From Camelus ferus (taxonomy: Eukaryota): a stretch of 64,000 nucleotides of DNA. The notes beneath the pieces were generated by a model. It saw nothing but the letters and a program-made list of their open reading frames with translations, did not search any database and was not told the DNA's origin. The stretch is from positions 109,060,001 to 109,124,000 of the forward strand of contig NC_045696.1 in the NCBI RefSeq assembly GCF_009834535.1. Direction: 5' to 3'. The position numbers and the translations under genes are program-made. This document shows, piece by piece, positions 1-13,845 of the stretch (its first letter is position 1; each line of letters starts with the position of its first letter).

Positions 1-342
1 GTCTATGCCTCAGGACTGTTTTGGCAGGCAGAGATACTCTTTGAGCCAATCATTCCAATACAAAATTGATCCTCTCTGAAAAAGGCAGGAAGGGAATTTC
101 CAATTTGGGCTAAAAAGTAATGAATACCTATCATTTATATTTCATAAGATGCATTTTGAAAAGTAGTTGTGGCTGACTGTCTTCATGAGCAAAACCGTAA
201 GACAGAAATACATGAGAATAACAAAGGGTACTTAAGATAGAGAACCAGTAAAAAGAAGGGAAAGAAACCCCACGGTTCTCTGCCTTAAAATAAAAAATAA
301 AATCAAACTAAATAAACTAGTAAGATCAGAAAGTTTCCATAC

Positions 343-622
343 CGAAGAGACAAAGTCTTCTTGGTCATTTATACTCTCGGAGACAGAGTCAGAAAAATTG
401 GTTTCATTTGTATCTAGCACTGAAGGCACAGAGTGAGTTTTACACAGAAAGTTAGAAGGCAAAGAGATGGTGGAGCAGCAAGGGCTGATCTCATGACTCG
501 GGGAGCTGAGGCCCGTGGCTGTGGGCCCTACACTATCCGACGCTCGTCCTCGCGGAGAATGAAGACCTGCTTTGTAGTGCTCAGTCTTTATCCCATCATG
601 CCTGTGCTGGCCATGGGCTGGC
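343..622 (-). CDS. CEP63: CEP63 coding exon 14 (280 nt): (K)[17 protein letters not shown]...[13 protein letters not shown]
   Basis: Acceptor ctacccag| (AG at 624-623) and donor |gtatgg (GT at 342-341). Translation matches the recalled CEP63 C-terminal region. Phase 2 start fits exon 13. Confidence 0.95.
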
Positions 623-1315
623 CTGGGTAGCAGATTAGAAAATAAAACAAATAAACATTGTAGCAACTTTCCTCTTTCAAAACAGACATGTTATAGGACT
701 TTAACTTAAAAATACAGGACCAGGCTACTAGAAAGGCTGGAATTTACAAAATAAGCAGCCCATGTAGACCAGGTGTCCTTTCCAGCCTTGGGGCCCCAAA
801 TATCCAACCCCCACTGGCAGGCCCCTGCACACACTTACATATAGCAAGGAAGACAAGGAAGCGGCCAGTGTGGCCGGTGCTAGGATAGAGGGAAGCACTG
901 TGCACAGTGAAGGCACCCATCCTCATCTGGGGGTGGAGGTGGGAGTGGGGTGAGGGTGTCAGCAAAGGCTCTTGGTAGCAAAACATGTAAGCCATACAGT
1001 AAGAGCTGAAGCCAGGTAGTTTTTTGCTAAATGCTGACTCCCTATCACTAGTTGACCAAAATTACAAAAGAAACGTGTTATTAAAAGCCAACTTTATTTC
1101 TTATGGGGTAAGTGGGGTTGGGGAGGTGGGAGGCAGCATGAAAAGGCTCAGGGGAATAAGGTTGCTGTTTATACCTACCACCATTGGTCTGACACTGAAG
1201 CCTGAAGGAAAGTGCTACATAACCCCCTGCATTTTTTAACCTATTAGTAGCTTTACTTGTGCACACAGTACTTTAGAATTAAACACAGAGTCCTTTGATG
1301 AAGATTTAATTTCTG

Positions 1316-1467
1316 GGGGTGTGGGTATGGCTCAGTGGTAAAGCACATGCTTAAGATGCATGAGGTCCTAGGTTCAATCCTCAGTACTTCCATAAAAAAT
1401 TTTAAAAAAAAGAATAAATAAAACATACTGCTATAAAAAACAGTTGTTGCTAATTAAAATTTTTTTA
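1316..1467 (+). mobile_element. tRNA-derived camelid SINE (vic-1 type)
   Basis: A-box ggctcagtgg, B-box ggttcaatcc and A-rich tail. Exact 15-bp TSD aagatttaatttctg at 1301-1315 and 1468-1482. Confidence 0.9.
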
Positions 1468-1562
1468 AAGATTTAATTTCTGTAAATTGGAAACTACTCT
1501 CAAAGAAATGAGAATTACATTCTAAAGATACACATTTTAAATAAACTATGAAGAAATTTTAC

Positions 1563-1768
1563 TTGAACTCCATATTCTTGAACTCAGGTACTCTGCTGTG
1601 TGTTGGTTTAAAGATCCTGTCACAGTTTTTTTTGCACATCTGAGTAGAAATCTCCAGCTGGGTTCTGGTATCCATCAAATCTTTCTGTAGTTGTTGATTT
1701 TCAGACACTAATTTATTTAATGCCTCAATATAATTCTCCTGGAGGTCTGCTAGTGAAATCTCTTTTGC
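1563..1768 (-). CDS. CEP63: CEP63 coding exon 13 (206 nt): [31 protein letters not shown]...
   Basis: Acceptor ttttttattag| and donor |gtaaaa. Open frame matching CEP63. Not in the ORF track. Confidence 0.95.
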
Positions 1769-1819
1769 CTAATAAAAAAAGAATACTAGCGTCACTTCCT
1801 TTGTATAAGAATACTTGTG

Positions 1820-1887
1820 GGGTGGGGATACAGCTCAGTGGTAGAGCACGTGCTTAGTGTGCACGAGGCCCTGGATTAAGGGAAAAA
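1820..1887 (+). mobile_element. Short camelid SINE copy lacking the B-box/3' part
   Basis: Head gggg..atacagctcagtggtagagcacgtgcttag and short A tail. TSD aatacttgtg at 1810-1819 and 1888-1897. Confidence 0.85.
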
Positions 1888-2231
1888 AATACTTGTGATC
1901 TGGGATACTGCTGGTGGAAAATTATGGGGTTTTTTGTTATGTTTTGTTTTGTTTTGTTTTTAGTTGTAACTAGTTAATCTATTGCTATACTTAAGAAAGA
2001 GTGAAGATTTGGTTCTGGCCCCCTAAAAGAGAAAAAAGTTTCTGTTTCGTACGTAAATGAGGGTAGAAAGTGAGGAGCACAATGGACTTCCCTGATGTGC
2101 CAAGGAATATCCAAGGAGCTGGAGAAAGGCTGGAACCAGGACAGAAGAAAGCTACAGGTAAGAATCAGAAACAGGGGAAAGAAAGAAAATAGCAGTCATG
2201 GCTTCTCCAAGAAAGAAGAGGCTGCGCTTAG

Positions 2232-2590
2232 AGAAATAAGTCAGAGAAAGACAAATACTGCACTTATATGTGGAATCTAAAAAATAAAACAAATGAATGC
2301 ATATAACAGAAACAGATTCACAAATATAGAGAACAAGCTAGTGGTTACCAGTAGGGAGAGGGAAAGGGGAGGGGCAAGACAGCAGTAGGGGATTAAGAGG
2401 GACAAACTACTATGTATAAAATAATTAATTTACAAAGATAAACTGTACAGCACAGGGAATATAACCATTATTTTATAACAGCTTTAAATGGAGTATAATC
2501 TATAAAAATATTGAATCACTATGTTGTATATGTTAATATAACAGTGTAACTATACTATATAATTATACAACTATATTTTAGTTTAAAAAA
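2232..2590 (+). mobile_element. L1 3' end fragment
   Basis: cacttatatgtggaatctaaaaaa...gtggttaccag...tacagcacagggaat, typical of an L1 3'UTR. Confidence 0.8.
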
Positions 2591-2739
2591 GCTACCAATT
2601 AAAAAGAAAGAGAAATTGAATAGCCCCAGAATACCTGTGGAAGAAAATCAAGAGACCTATATAAAAGAAAGAAATTTGAACAGAAGGCTCTGAAAAGGAA
2701 TTCTGGCTGGCAGGGACAACTTTTAAATAAATAACTCCC

Positions 2740-5195
2740 TAGAAAGACACTACCAAAAAAGAAAATTACAGACCAGTATATTTGATGGATACACATGCAA
2801 AAATTTTCAACAAAATATTAGCAAACAGAATCCAACAACACATAAAAAAAGATCATACATTACAATCAAGTTGGATTCATCCCAGGGACACAAGGATGGT
2901 TCAACATACGCAAATCAATCAATGTGACATACCACATCAACAAAAGAAAGGACAAAAAACCCCACATGACTATCTCAATAGATGCAGAAAAAGCTTTTGA
3001 TAAAATTCAACACCCATTTATGATAAAAACTTTTACCAAAGTGGGTATAGAGGGAACATATCTCAACATAATAAAAGCTATTTATGACAAACCCACAGCC
3101 AGCATAATACGCAATAGTGAAAAGTTGCAAGCCTTCCCCCTAAAATCTGGAACAAGACAAGGATACCCACTCTCATCACTTCTACTCAACATAGTATTGG
3201 AATTCCTAGCCACAGCAATTAGACAAGAAAAAGAAATGAAAGGGATCCGCATTGTAAGAGAAGAGGTAAAATTGTCACTATATGCAGGTGACACACTATA
3301 TATAGAAAATCCTAAAGACTCCACACGAAAACTACCAGAGCTGATAAAAGAATTTGGCAAGGTAGTAGGATACAAGACTAACATAAAGAAATCTTGCATT
3401 TCTTTATACTAACAAAATATCAGAAAAGGAAAAGTAAAAAAAAAAAAAAAAAAGAAAAAAAAGAAAAAAGAAAGAAAAAAACCTTTTAAAATCACATCAA
3501 AAAAACCTCCAAAATTTAGGAATAAACCTGACCAAGGAGGTGAAAGACTTATATGCAGAGAAGTATAAAACACTGATTAAGCAAATTAAAGATGATTTAA
3601 AGAAATGGAAAGACATCCCATGGTCTTGGATTGTTAGAATTAATATTGTTAAAATGGCCATACTACTGAAAGCAATCGACAGAGTTAATGCAATCCCTAT
3701 CAAATTACCCAGGACATTTTTCACAGAACTAGAACAAATAATCCTAAAACTTATATTGAATCACAGAAGACCTAGAATCACCAAAGCAATACTGAAGAAG
3801 AAGAACAAAGCTGGAGGAATAACTCTCCCAGACTTCAGACAATACTATACAGCTATAGTAATCAAAACAGTGTGGTACTGGCACAAAAACAGACATACAG
3901 ATCACTGGAACAGAACAGAGAGCCCAGAAATAAACCCAAAGACCTATGGCTAATTAATCTTCAACAAAGGAGGCAAGAATAATACAATGGAGAAAAGACA
4001 GTCTCCTCAGCAAGTGGTGTTGGGAAAACTGGACAGCCTCATGTAAATCAATATACTCCCTCACACCATACACAAAAATAATCTCAGAATGGCTTAAAGA
4101 CTTAAACATAAGACAAGACACTATCAAACTAGAAGAGAATATAGGCAAAACATTCTCTAATATAAATTGTAGCAATGTTCTCCTAGGGCAGTCTACCAAG
4201 TAAAAGCAAAAATAAACAAATGAGACCTAATTAAATTTATAAGCTTTTGCACAGCAAAGGAAACCATAAACAAAACAAAAAGACAATCTACAGAATGGGA
4301 GAAAATATTTGCAAATGATGTGATTGACAAGGGCTTAATTTCCAGAATATATAAACAGCTCATACAACTCAACAACAGCAAGCAAACAACCCAATCCAAA
4401 AAAGGGCAGAAGACCTAAACAAACAATTCTCCAGTGAAGACATACAAATGGCCAACAGGCACATGAAAAATGCTCAGTGTCACTAATTATCAAAGATATG
4501 CAAATGAAAACTACAATGAAGTATTACCCCACACCACTAGAATGGCCATCATTAAAAAGTCCACAAACAACAAATGCTGGAGAGGCTGTGGAGAAAAGAG
4601 AACCCTCCTACACTGTTGGTGGGAATGTAGTTTGGTGCAGCCACTATGTAAAACAGTATAGAGATTCCTCAAAAACTAAAAATAGCCTTACCATATGATC
4701 CAGCAATCCTGCTCCCAGGCATATATCTGGAGGGAACTCTAATTCAAAAAGATACATGAACCCCAATGTTCATAGCAGCACTATCTACAATAGCCAAGAC
4801 ATGGAAACAACATAAATGTCCATCGACAGATGAATGCATAAAGAAGTTGTGGTATATTTATACAATGGAATACTACTCAGCCATAAAAAAGAATAAAATA
4901 ATGCTATTTGCAGAAACATAGATGGACCTGGAGATTGTCATTCTAAGTGAAGTAAGACAGAAAGACAAAGAAACATACCATATGATATCACTTATATGTG
5001 GAATCTTAAAAAAAAAGACCCAAATGAACTTATTTACAAAATAGAAACAGACTTATGACATAGAAAACAAACTTATGGTTACCAGAGGGGAAAGGGGTGG
5101 GAAGGAGGGACAAACTGGGGGTTTGGGATTTTTAGGGATTTATAGGCTAACTACTATGTATAAAATAGATGAACAACAAGGTCCTACTGTGCACA
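2740..5195 (+). mobile_element. 5'-truncated L1 (ORF2 RT/C-terminal part and 3'UTR), disrupted
   Basis: ORF fragments [25 protein letters not shown] and [12 protein letters not shown] with frameshifts and stops. A-rich expansion at ~3436-3480. Confidence 0.93.
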
Positions 5196-7274
5196 ACAAG
5201 TACACACCTGGTTGTGGTAAGAAAGGACAGTACCACGACAGTTAGATACAGGTTTCAGGAGAAATTAAGCTGAACAGAATCTCTGGTCATAGTCTGGCTT
5301 AACCACCCCTGAGAGTTCCCAACTCTTAAAATATGAACGAGTAATCACTGTATAAGTCTCTCAATCAAGTACTGCCAAATCCTGAGTCTTTTTAAGATTC
5401 CATGGTGTAAATCAGGTTGCTTCTTGGTTTTCTTCACCACTAGCTTCATATTGGCTTTATCAGGGCATATAAAGTCATTTTCCATCTACCCATCCATCCA
5501 TTCATCTTCACCTTACAAAATGTTTAGCTGTTTTCTCCTCTCTCACTTCTTTGTGCTTAAAAAAAAGCCCTTTCATTATAGGTTTAGAGGGGCTTGGGGA
5601 GGGAGCCAGACTAGATGCATATGTTCATCTGCCACCTTAAATGATGGCGTAATATTTTCCAGTATATAGAAAAGTCACAATGAACCGTCTCTCTACAGAT
5701 TAACACTTAGTTTATTTCAAAATTTTGGATACTGCAGACATTGAAATGACCATTTTTGTGCATTTGCTCCTATAGGATGGGTTCTTTGGGAATGCAAACT
5801 GATATGACCTTTCTGGAGAACGATTCAGCAATGACAATCAAAATCATAAATGCACATGACCCAGGACTTTATAGGCTGTATGTATTTACCAGTTTAATGA
5901 ATACTGCTAAATTGCACTCTAGAATAGCTGTATCAATTCACTTTCTCATCAACAGAGCACTGGAGAGCCTGCTGTTCTATATCCTTGCCAAGACTGGCGA
6001 TATTAGTTTTAAAAAAAATCCTTGAAAAGCCAGTAAGCAAAAGAATATTTATTTATTTTATTTTGATAATTGGGGAGAATTGAACAGCTTTTCTTGTTTA
6101 CTGGATTTTTACATTATTTTTATGAATTATCTATTTATGTCCTTTGCCCATTTTCTACTAGATTCCAATCTTTTAATTATCTTTATAGGAAATCCTCCTA
6201 TATTAGTATTTTATATTAATCATTTATTTGATAATAGATTATTTTCCTCTAGTCTAGTAGTCTTTTCTTTATGGAGTCTTTTGTTATTCAGAAAATTTAT
6301 ACTTTTATTTTGTAAAATTCTTTATGGTTTCATGATGCTAAGAGAATCTTACCCTCTCAAAAGACTGTAAGAATAGTCCCCCCTTTTAGCTGAAATAAAG
6401 TATTTATGTGGTGTTTTGCACGTTCTCCCAGCCCAGCCTCCATAATCTATGAGTGTGGAACTAAAACCGCTTAGGAGCAAACAGGGCATTGTGTAACTAT
6501 GAATCTCTAGGGGCACATACTCTCTGGAAATACAGAAAAAAAAAAGAATTTCTATAATCTCTGGGTATTTGACCTACATCAAGAAAAGATGCATCAGAAT
6601 GGATGGGCTATTTTGCAAATTATAAGAATTTTATAACAAAATAGTTAAAAGAGCATCCACAATGTTTATAGCTCACTGTTAGCTAGTCAAGTTCTCTCCG
6701 GTTTCACAGAAGCTTGTTTACATATCCTATTCTCCCTACTAGATTCACCTGTCTCCTAAAGGCAGGAATCGCATCTAATTCATCCTCGTGTCCACTGCAT
6801 TGTCTACTAAAACACTTTGAAGATAAAAGATTCCAGAATATTTGATTAAATACATTGTACATTGTAGAAATATAATGAAAACCAAATTATTTAAAAGGTG
6901 ATATACTTTATAATGAAAAGATATTGTGAAAATAATAATGACAATAAAAATAATAACAGCATCTAACATGTACTGTGTAATTACTAAATGCCAGACATTA
7001 TTCTAGGCCCTTCGTATACATTCTCCCTGTTAAGAACACAGACTGGACATATATTCAACGACACACATGATATAAAAACAATCTTCCAATAGCTGGAGTG
7101 GAGAGTCATATTTTTCTCACTTCTATCATTGTCCTGACTTCTTTTTATTTGAGAAAGTTTCTACAGAAGGATCATTCCAGTTTGATCACAACTTTCTCTT
7201 TATAATACCAATATTTACAGAGTGATTTCTTTAAAGGCTGGATAGTAGAAAAACTTAAGTTTCTATTTATGTAC

Positions 7275-7361
7275 CTCATGTAAACCCAACTCCAATTTCA
7301 TCACCATTTCAGAAAGATGACGATTTTCTAACTTGAGTGACTCCAGCTGACCCAAAATCTC
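7275..7361 (-). CDS. CEP63: CEP63 coding exon 12 (87 nt): [29 protein letters not shown]
   Basis: Acceptor ttttctcag| and donor |gtacat. Phase 0-0, translation matches CEP63. Confidence 0.95.
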
Positions 7362-8683
7362 CTGAGAAAAGCAGAAAAAAAAAACAAACATAACAAATAA
7401 ATCAAAAGCATCTTATAAAATTTTTCCACATGTAATTTTCATTAGGTGAAGTTACATTCTTCATTCATCTGTACAAATACTTCCTAAGATTTTTTGAAAA
7501 GATGTTTCAAAATGAATAAATATGCATACAATTTGAGAGAATTCTAAGAATACGAATCAGTGCACGGGTAAACCCCTAACCACTCTCCTGTGTTAGCCTC
7601 CTCTTATTGGCTGCTACCTCCAACACCACGTGGACTGCACTCCTTTCACAAGATAATGACTTACTTTCAGTCCCCGTTCTCTTTAGCTTTCCTCCTTGAC
7701 ATTCCTACTTGAAAAGATTCCTGCCTTCCTTGACTTCTGCTTCCTTTGTGAAACTATCTGGTTTCCTTCCTTCCTGCTACTTTGTTTTAGCTCCACTCTA
7801 ACACCTTTTTACCGTAAATAAGTAGTTTCCTAAGTTTGGTGCAAGTCTCTCCTCTTCGTACACTATGCCTTCTCGTTATAACCTCTAAGTCTCTCAGGGT
7901 TTTAAAGGCCAATTTCATGCAAAGACTTCCACAGCTAAACATCTTACCTTGATTTTAACCTTGAACTCCAGGCCTTCTGTGGAATTGACTATTAGATATT
8001 TCCATATGAAAGTCCCACCTTTATTTCAAACCAGTGTCCATTCCACCAGCTTCCCTATTTGTACCTTTCATACAAATTCATTATCCTCCCCAAACCTGCT
8101 CCCTATCTTTTCTCTATTTCACTAAAGAGCATCACTTTCTATTCAGTTGCCCAAAGCTGGAATCCTGAGTGACATCTTTCCCTAACTCTGTCTAGCTCAC
8201 TCTCCCTGTCCAATCAAATACAAAGCGTAGTTGATCTTACCAGCCAAATATCTTCAGAATTCATTTCCCTTACCTCTCCTGCCCACTGCTCAGGCCACAA
8301 TCTCACTGCTGTAATAGCATCTGAGAGGTCTCTTTGCCTCCTTGCTTATTCTCCAGATGACAACCAGAGACCTTTCACTCCTGCTTAACACCAATGTCCA
8401 CGGACCTCAGGATAACACTAAACCTCCTGCACAGGGCAGGCAGGGCCCTTCAGGTGCCAGTCCCTGCTTTCCAGTCTCATCCCTTGCCGCTCGTCCCACC
8501 TATACTCTGTGTGTCACAGCGAAATGTGGCACACTCTCACTACACACCACAGAATTCTGGCCTCTTTACTTGTCTGAATCTTCTCTCACCTCCCTACTCA
8601 TCTGCACTAGACTGCCTGCTAATCAGTCTACCCTCAGCCTGAAGAAGAGGGCTAACAAAAATCCACTGAATTAAATACTATGG

Positions 8684-8849
8684 GGAGGGTAGGGTACAGC
8701 TCAAGTGGTAGAGTGCATGCTTAGCATACACAAGGTCCTGGGTTCAATCCCCAGTACCTCCCCTAAAAATAAATAAACAGGTAAACCTAATTACCTTCTC
8801 ACACCAAAAAAAAAAAAAAAGAAAGAAAGAAGAAAAAAATGCTTTAAAA
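8684..8849 (+). mobile_element. Camelid SINE (vic-1 type)
   Basis: A and B boxes, aaacctaattacc motif and A-rich tail. Near-TSD aaatactatgg (8673-8683) / aaataccatgg (8850-8860). Confidence 0.9.
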
Positions 8850-8931
8850 AAATACCATGGAAATACACCTTTAATAAATTGAATCTTCAAAAACCAACTG
8901 CAAGTAAAGAAAGTTTTTGTTCAAATTTCAC

Positions 8932-9129
8932 CTTATGCTCCACGTCTTTTTCTTCTGCCTTCTGTATCTCTGCTTTGAGGCGCTTTTCCATGTCAGAGGA
9001 AGAACTTTTGGTGGAAGCAATAGTGATATCCCGCTGATGCAGCTCCCGAGTTAGCTGCGAGATTTCCATCTTCATCCCTTCTAGTACAGAACTGTAACTT
9101 TGTTCAGCCTGTAAAATCTGTTCTTTCAA
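8932..9129 (-). CDS. CEP63: CEP63 coding exon 11 (198 nt): [14 protein letters not shown]...AEEKDVEHK
   Basis: Acceptor tttgtag| and donor |gtgaaa. Overlaps ORF 8887..9129. Coiled-coil sequence matching CEP63. Confidence 0.96.
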
Positions 9130-9998
9130 CTACAAATAGAAAGCATGAAAAAATAAAACAAAACATGTAGAGAGAAAAATATATTAATAGTTAAAATAAT
9201 AAAGTAACTTTTACCTTACCTCAAGACATAAGTTTTTCCCTGATTAAATTTGCAGAAATTTAGCAACTTATGAAGTTGCGTGTCTGTGCTGAAGGTCAGG
9301 TGGCTATGCCTGCAATTATTTATTAGATCTCAAAAACAGGAAGCGATGTGCTACTCAAATGCTAAGAACCAGTGTCAAGTTCAAGCACACATTATTTAGA
9401 GGACAGCACCTATGATCTTCATTCTATTTTTCAGTTGCAAATCTAACGATTTTGCTTATATGGTTTCCTGGTCCACAGAAGATAACAGAAAGGCAAGAGG
9501 AAGAAAGAGACTAAAAGTAATCTCAAAAAAGTAATAAAAAATTCGAAGTCAACAAACAGGACAGCCAGCGCCCATTCACATAGAGACAAACTTTGTACAC
9601 TTCAAATGCCAGTGAGGACGTAACTACCCACAGGACAGAAGAGAAAACACCCGTCCATCACCACCTTCAGTCAATAAGAAAATATTAAATGCCAGTTCAT
9701 ATAATACGTTCAAGCAAGCAAGAAAGTGTGTATCTTTTAGAACACTTCATCAAAGCATGTTTAAAGCTGCAGAGTTCAAAGGGGGCAGGCTTCAATTATC
9801 TTGTTAATACTCACATGGCATCCCTGAGGATGACAAAGACATCTCCTGAGCCCCTTCCAGGTACTCTCTACTGGCGAGCATCAAATAGCCTCTGGACCAC
9901 ATTTTTCTCTCATGAAAAGTAACTCCTATAACCTCCCAACCCACAGCCCAGCCCATGATCACATGGGGCTTTGCAGTCGCAGGCATGCTGATCTTTAC

Positions 9999-10113
9999 CT
10001 TCTTGATCTCGGCCCTGTACTCGTTGTTATGCACTTCCATCTTCTTCAGTTCTTCGTATTTTTCCATTAGCTCTTGGCTCAGCTGTTTACAGGTTGCACT
10101 CACAGATTCTAAG
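9999..10113 (-). CDS. CEP63: CEP63 coding exon 10 (115 nt): [39 protein letters not shown]
   Basis: Acceptor catacag| and donor |gtaaag. Lies within ORF 9804..10172. Confidence 0.96.
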
Positions 10114-12702
10114 CTGTATGACAAAAATAAGATCACATATTTAAAACAAAACATAAGCCCCCAAACCCACAAATCGAGTTATCTAATTTATGCTCCTGAT
10201 GTCCAAGAAATATTTCAAACATCACCTCCTAGCCCAAATTAAAACTCATTTCCAATTCCTTATCACTAGCGGCAGCTAAATCCAATTCACACTTCAGGAG
10301 ATATGTTTGATTTCTGTGTTTACCTATATTCTTTCCCTCCGCTTAGAATTTAACTGGTTACAAAATTCTAAAGATTACAGCAACTTGGGTGATGTTTTTT
10401 CTCTAGTTGTACAGGAGCTGCCATCATAATCTCAATCTTCACCACACTCAATTACAGTTCCATCCTACACACAGCTCCAAAACAATCTTCAAACAAGAGT
10501 TTCCAACTTGTCGCCCTTACTTAAGAGTCAATCCCTCATAAGATATAAGCACCTCAGGGACACCATACCTCTCTCACCTCACTGCTCGTATCTACTAATA
10601 GTCTTTTTGCTTCTAAATTGCTAGGCTTTACTGTCTTCCGTGTGCCACTTGCTAAGCTTGACTTCTTGTCCCCTCACATACCATCCCCTTGACCACAAAG
10701 CACCTTCCCTTCCCACCCGGCAATGTACGGTCAACACCCTTTCGAATCAGGTCAGCATTTACCTGATAGAGCCATCCCGACCCTCCATCCCCTAATCACC
10801 TTAAATACAATTTATTTTCAATTGTCAGAGCTTGAATGTAGACATTTTCTAGAGTTTTCACTTTAAATTGCTCTTAGGTCCTTTAATGTGTATATTATGT
10901 CTCTCAAACTACAAATTCTATGATTAATATAATGTCTTTTATTTATTGCCTCCCTCTAACCTTGTGCACCATCCCCTCAGGCTCTGCATCATTTAGTTCC
11001 AGACTGTTCAATAAATGCTGAGTAACTACCTAGACTGCTTCACCCACACAGACAATTTACCAGATAAGCTATCATTTGAAAATACCATCTATGCAATTCA
11101 CCAACACAAAAACAATCACTTAAATTCCTCCAGTTCCTGTTTAGGCAATATTTTGTTCTAATTGAGCAACACAAACAAGCTGTCTAAAAGGGTTCCTTTC
11201 TCTATTTGCCTTTTGATACAGAAAAATCATATTTAAAGCCATTGTTTTATTACTGAACACTGGTGTTTGTATCCATTCATTTCAATTTCTTTTACCTATT
11301 TCTAAAAATCCTACAATGCTCATTTATTTGGTACTTAGTATGTGATTACAATGTCAAACACTGAGGTAGAGAGAGAAAAAAAATCAGAGATAATCTTGTC
11401 CTATCCACAGATAGGAAAATCGGGGCGTAAGGAAACTAAGGTGTCCCAGGTCACGCTGTGAGTCAGAAATAAGAGGCAAATCTTCACAGCCTGCTGAGAG
11501 CACAGTAAAACACATACACAAGATCACTAAGAAGTCAATCAATGGAAAACCTATGATAAAAAATGTAAATATTAGTTCTAATGCCAATAAGAATACCAAT
11601 CTTTATTTTATTCAGTCTAAAGTGTGCATATATACCTCAGTAATGATGACCAAGAATATCTTAACTATTCCAAGATGAGAAAGAAATCAAGCAAAAACTG
11701 TGTGTGTGTGCATGTATATTTAATATAGAAAGAAAAAACTTAGTGATTTCCAAAAACAGAAATTAAAGATGTATTGCTTAAAGATAGAACAAAAAAAGTA
11801 TTATTTAAAGATAAAGATAAAATTAAAAGGGTAAAATGGCAATTTTTGGTTGTTTGCTTATCTAAATACTAATAGTTTATATATTTTTATCTTTTATATA
11901 TGGAAAAATGTTAGTGTATAAATAATCTTGATTTATGTTTAAAACAAAATGTCAAACTCTTCCTAATCAAGAAGTTTAGCAGTATGACGAAAAAACTCAC
12001 AAATACGGTGATACGAGTGAGCTGGGCATGGTGTAGCATAAGTCAGGATTCAATTAACACTCAAGGAAATACCAACAGCATTTCAGGACAGAAGAAAGGA
12101 GTGTCCAGTGCCACCGAGAACAGCTCCAGTGAGGTGGCGGGTAGCAGGGAAAGCCTAACTGAAGGACTTCTACACAGGAGAAAATTAAAAAGAGTACAGT
12201 CAATAGACAACTCTTGAAGAATTTAGTCTTGAAGGAGACCAGAGAAATATGGAGGTAACTTGACAGGGATATTGAATTAAAGAAGGGTTTTCACTTTTTT
12301 CCCCAAGAAGAGGAATATTAAAACATATTTTATACCAGTGGAAATGATTTAGCAGAGAGGAAGAGCTTGATGAAGCAAAAGACAAAGGAAAAACTGTAGG
12401 AACAGTATGTAAGTGGGGTATTAGAAGCACAGATATGTCATCCATCAGTTCATCCACTGTAACAGATTAAAAGCACAGACAGATGCAGGCAGGCTGGTAG
12501 ATTTGGTGGTAAAAAGGGTGGAAGTTCTCCTTTCACTGAGATTAAACTCTCCTTTACTCTCAATGAAATAAGGTCATTTGTGGATGCTAGAGAGAAAAAC
12601 TTACGTTTTCACTTACTATATTAGCTTATTTTATCAATATGATGATCAAAAATCACGTTTAACAACTTGAACGTTATTGAAATGAATGTAATAATCATCT
12701 AC

Positions 12703-12840
12703 CTGCCTTCCAGACGAGTCACCTCTGCCTGCAGAAGCTCTTCACTGGCGTGGGTAAAGTCCAGTCGGGAGAGCACGTTCTCCAAGTCCCCCTGCCCTTG
12801 AGAGGCATACCTCCTTTCTGCCTGAGACTCCTCCAGTGAC
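12703..12840 (-). CDS. CEP63: CEP63 coding exon 9 (138 nt): [45 protein letters not shown]
   Basis: Acceptor ccttccatag| and donor |gtagat. Lies within ORF 12699..12923. Symmetric phase 2-2. Confidence 0.93.
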
Positions 12841-13705
12841 CTATGGAAGGACACAGGAGGACTGTTAAGGGCCTTGTATCTTTGCAAACAAAAACCAACA
12901 CAGAACCAGTTCATACTGCCCAACTGTTTGGGGCAAACTCTTTTGAACTCTTCAGTTTGTTTCTTGCCTTACAAAAACAAAAAACAAAACAAAACAATCA
13001 TTTAAAAGCCACTAGGAGAGTAAAGAGGCAGAGACACAATGCTTTTCAAACAAGTCAGCAGCAGTTTACTCCTTTCTCAACTGGGATGTGGCCTGTTTTT
13101 CAAGGAAAAAGACAAAATGACAAAAATCACCTGTTGACACTTGATACCTTGAGTCAAATAAACCGAAAAGTTACAAGAGAGTTTTGGCAAGAGCAGAAAT
13201 GTGCACCAGACGTAAATCAAGCAAAAGGAGGAAAGCTCCTTCTGCTACTTTCCACTACAAACCTCATAGCAACAATTCATACACAGAAGTAAAGTTAGTT
13301 ATAGGAATTCTTTTAAAGGGCTAACTCAATATCTGGCTTATTGATAATACTGATGATAAGCAACTATTCATCATGACCTAGTCTACAAAGGAAGGGAGGC
13401 CTCCCAGGAGACGTGGACTACAATTCCTTTCACATTTGGAGTTTTACCAAAGGTACAGATTGACAAAGGGGTTTCTAACTTTCTATACATCAGTCTTCTG
13501 GTTAGGGACCCAAACTGGAGGCAGAAAAAAATCACACAATATTTTCACACAATAACACTATAAAAATTTAACTCAGCAATTAAAACTGAGTAAGAAAACC
13601 CATAATATGATCAAGCACAAAATTATGAATATGCAATATTAAAAATGGTACTTAATGCCAAATCACCATGTGGCTAAGACTAATCACACTTAAGATTAAA
13701 TATAC

Positions 13706-13845
13706 CTTATGGTCTCTACTGTGTGTTGACTGTCAGTTGCCTTTAATTTTGCTTGTAGCTTCTCCTTTTGTATTCTTGCCTCATGAATGAAATTTTCTTG
13801 AGTCTGAAGAGCTGCCTTCAATTCTCTCTTTTCTTCTTGCAGAAC
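13706..13845 (-). CDS. CEP63: CEP63 coding exon 8 (140 nt): [46 protein letters not shown]
   Basis: Acceptor tttttacag| and donor |gtatat. Frame is continuous with exons 7 and 9. Confidence 0.95.

Noticed and set aside
232..342. Read-through extension of CEP63 exon 14 in ORF 232..666
   Set aside because: A good donor (tcg|gtatgg) sits at 342 and the extension is low-complexity intronic sequence.
8684..8760. tRNA-like sequences (also at 1316, 18656, 29333, 58493, 60196) as functional tRNA genes
   Set aside because: They are mutually diverged, carry SINE tails and mostly have TSDs, so they are SINE copies.
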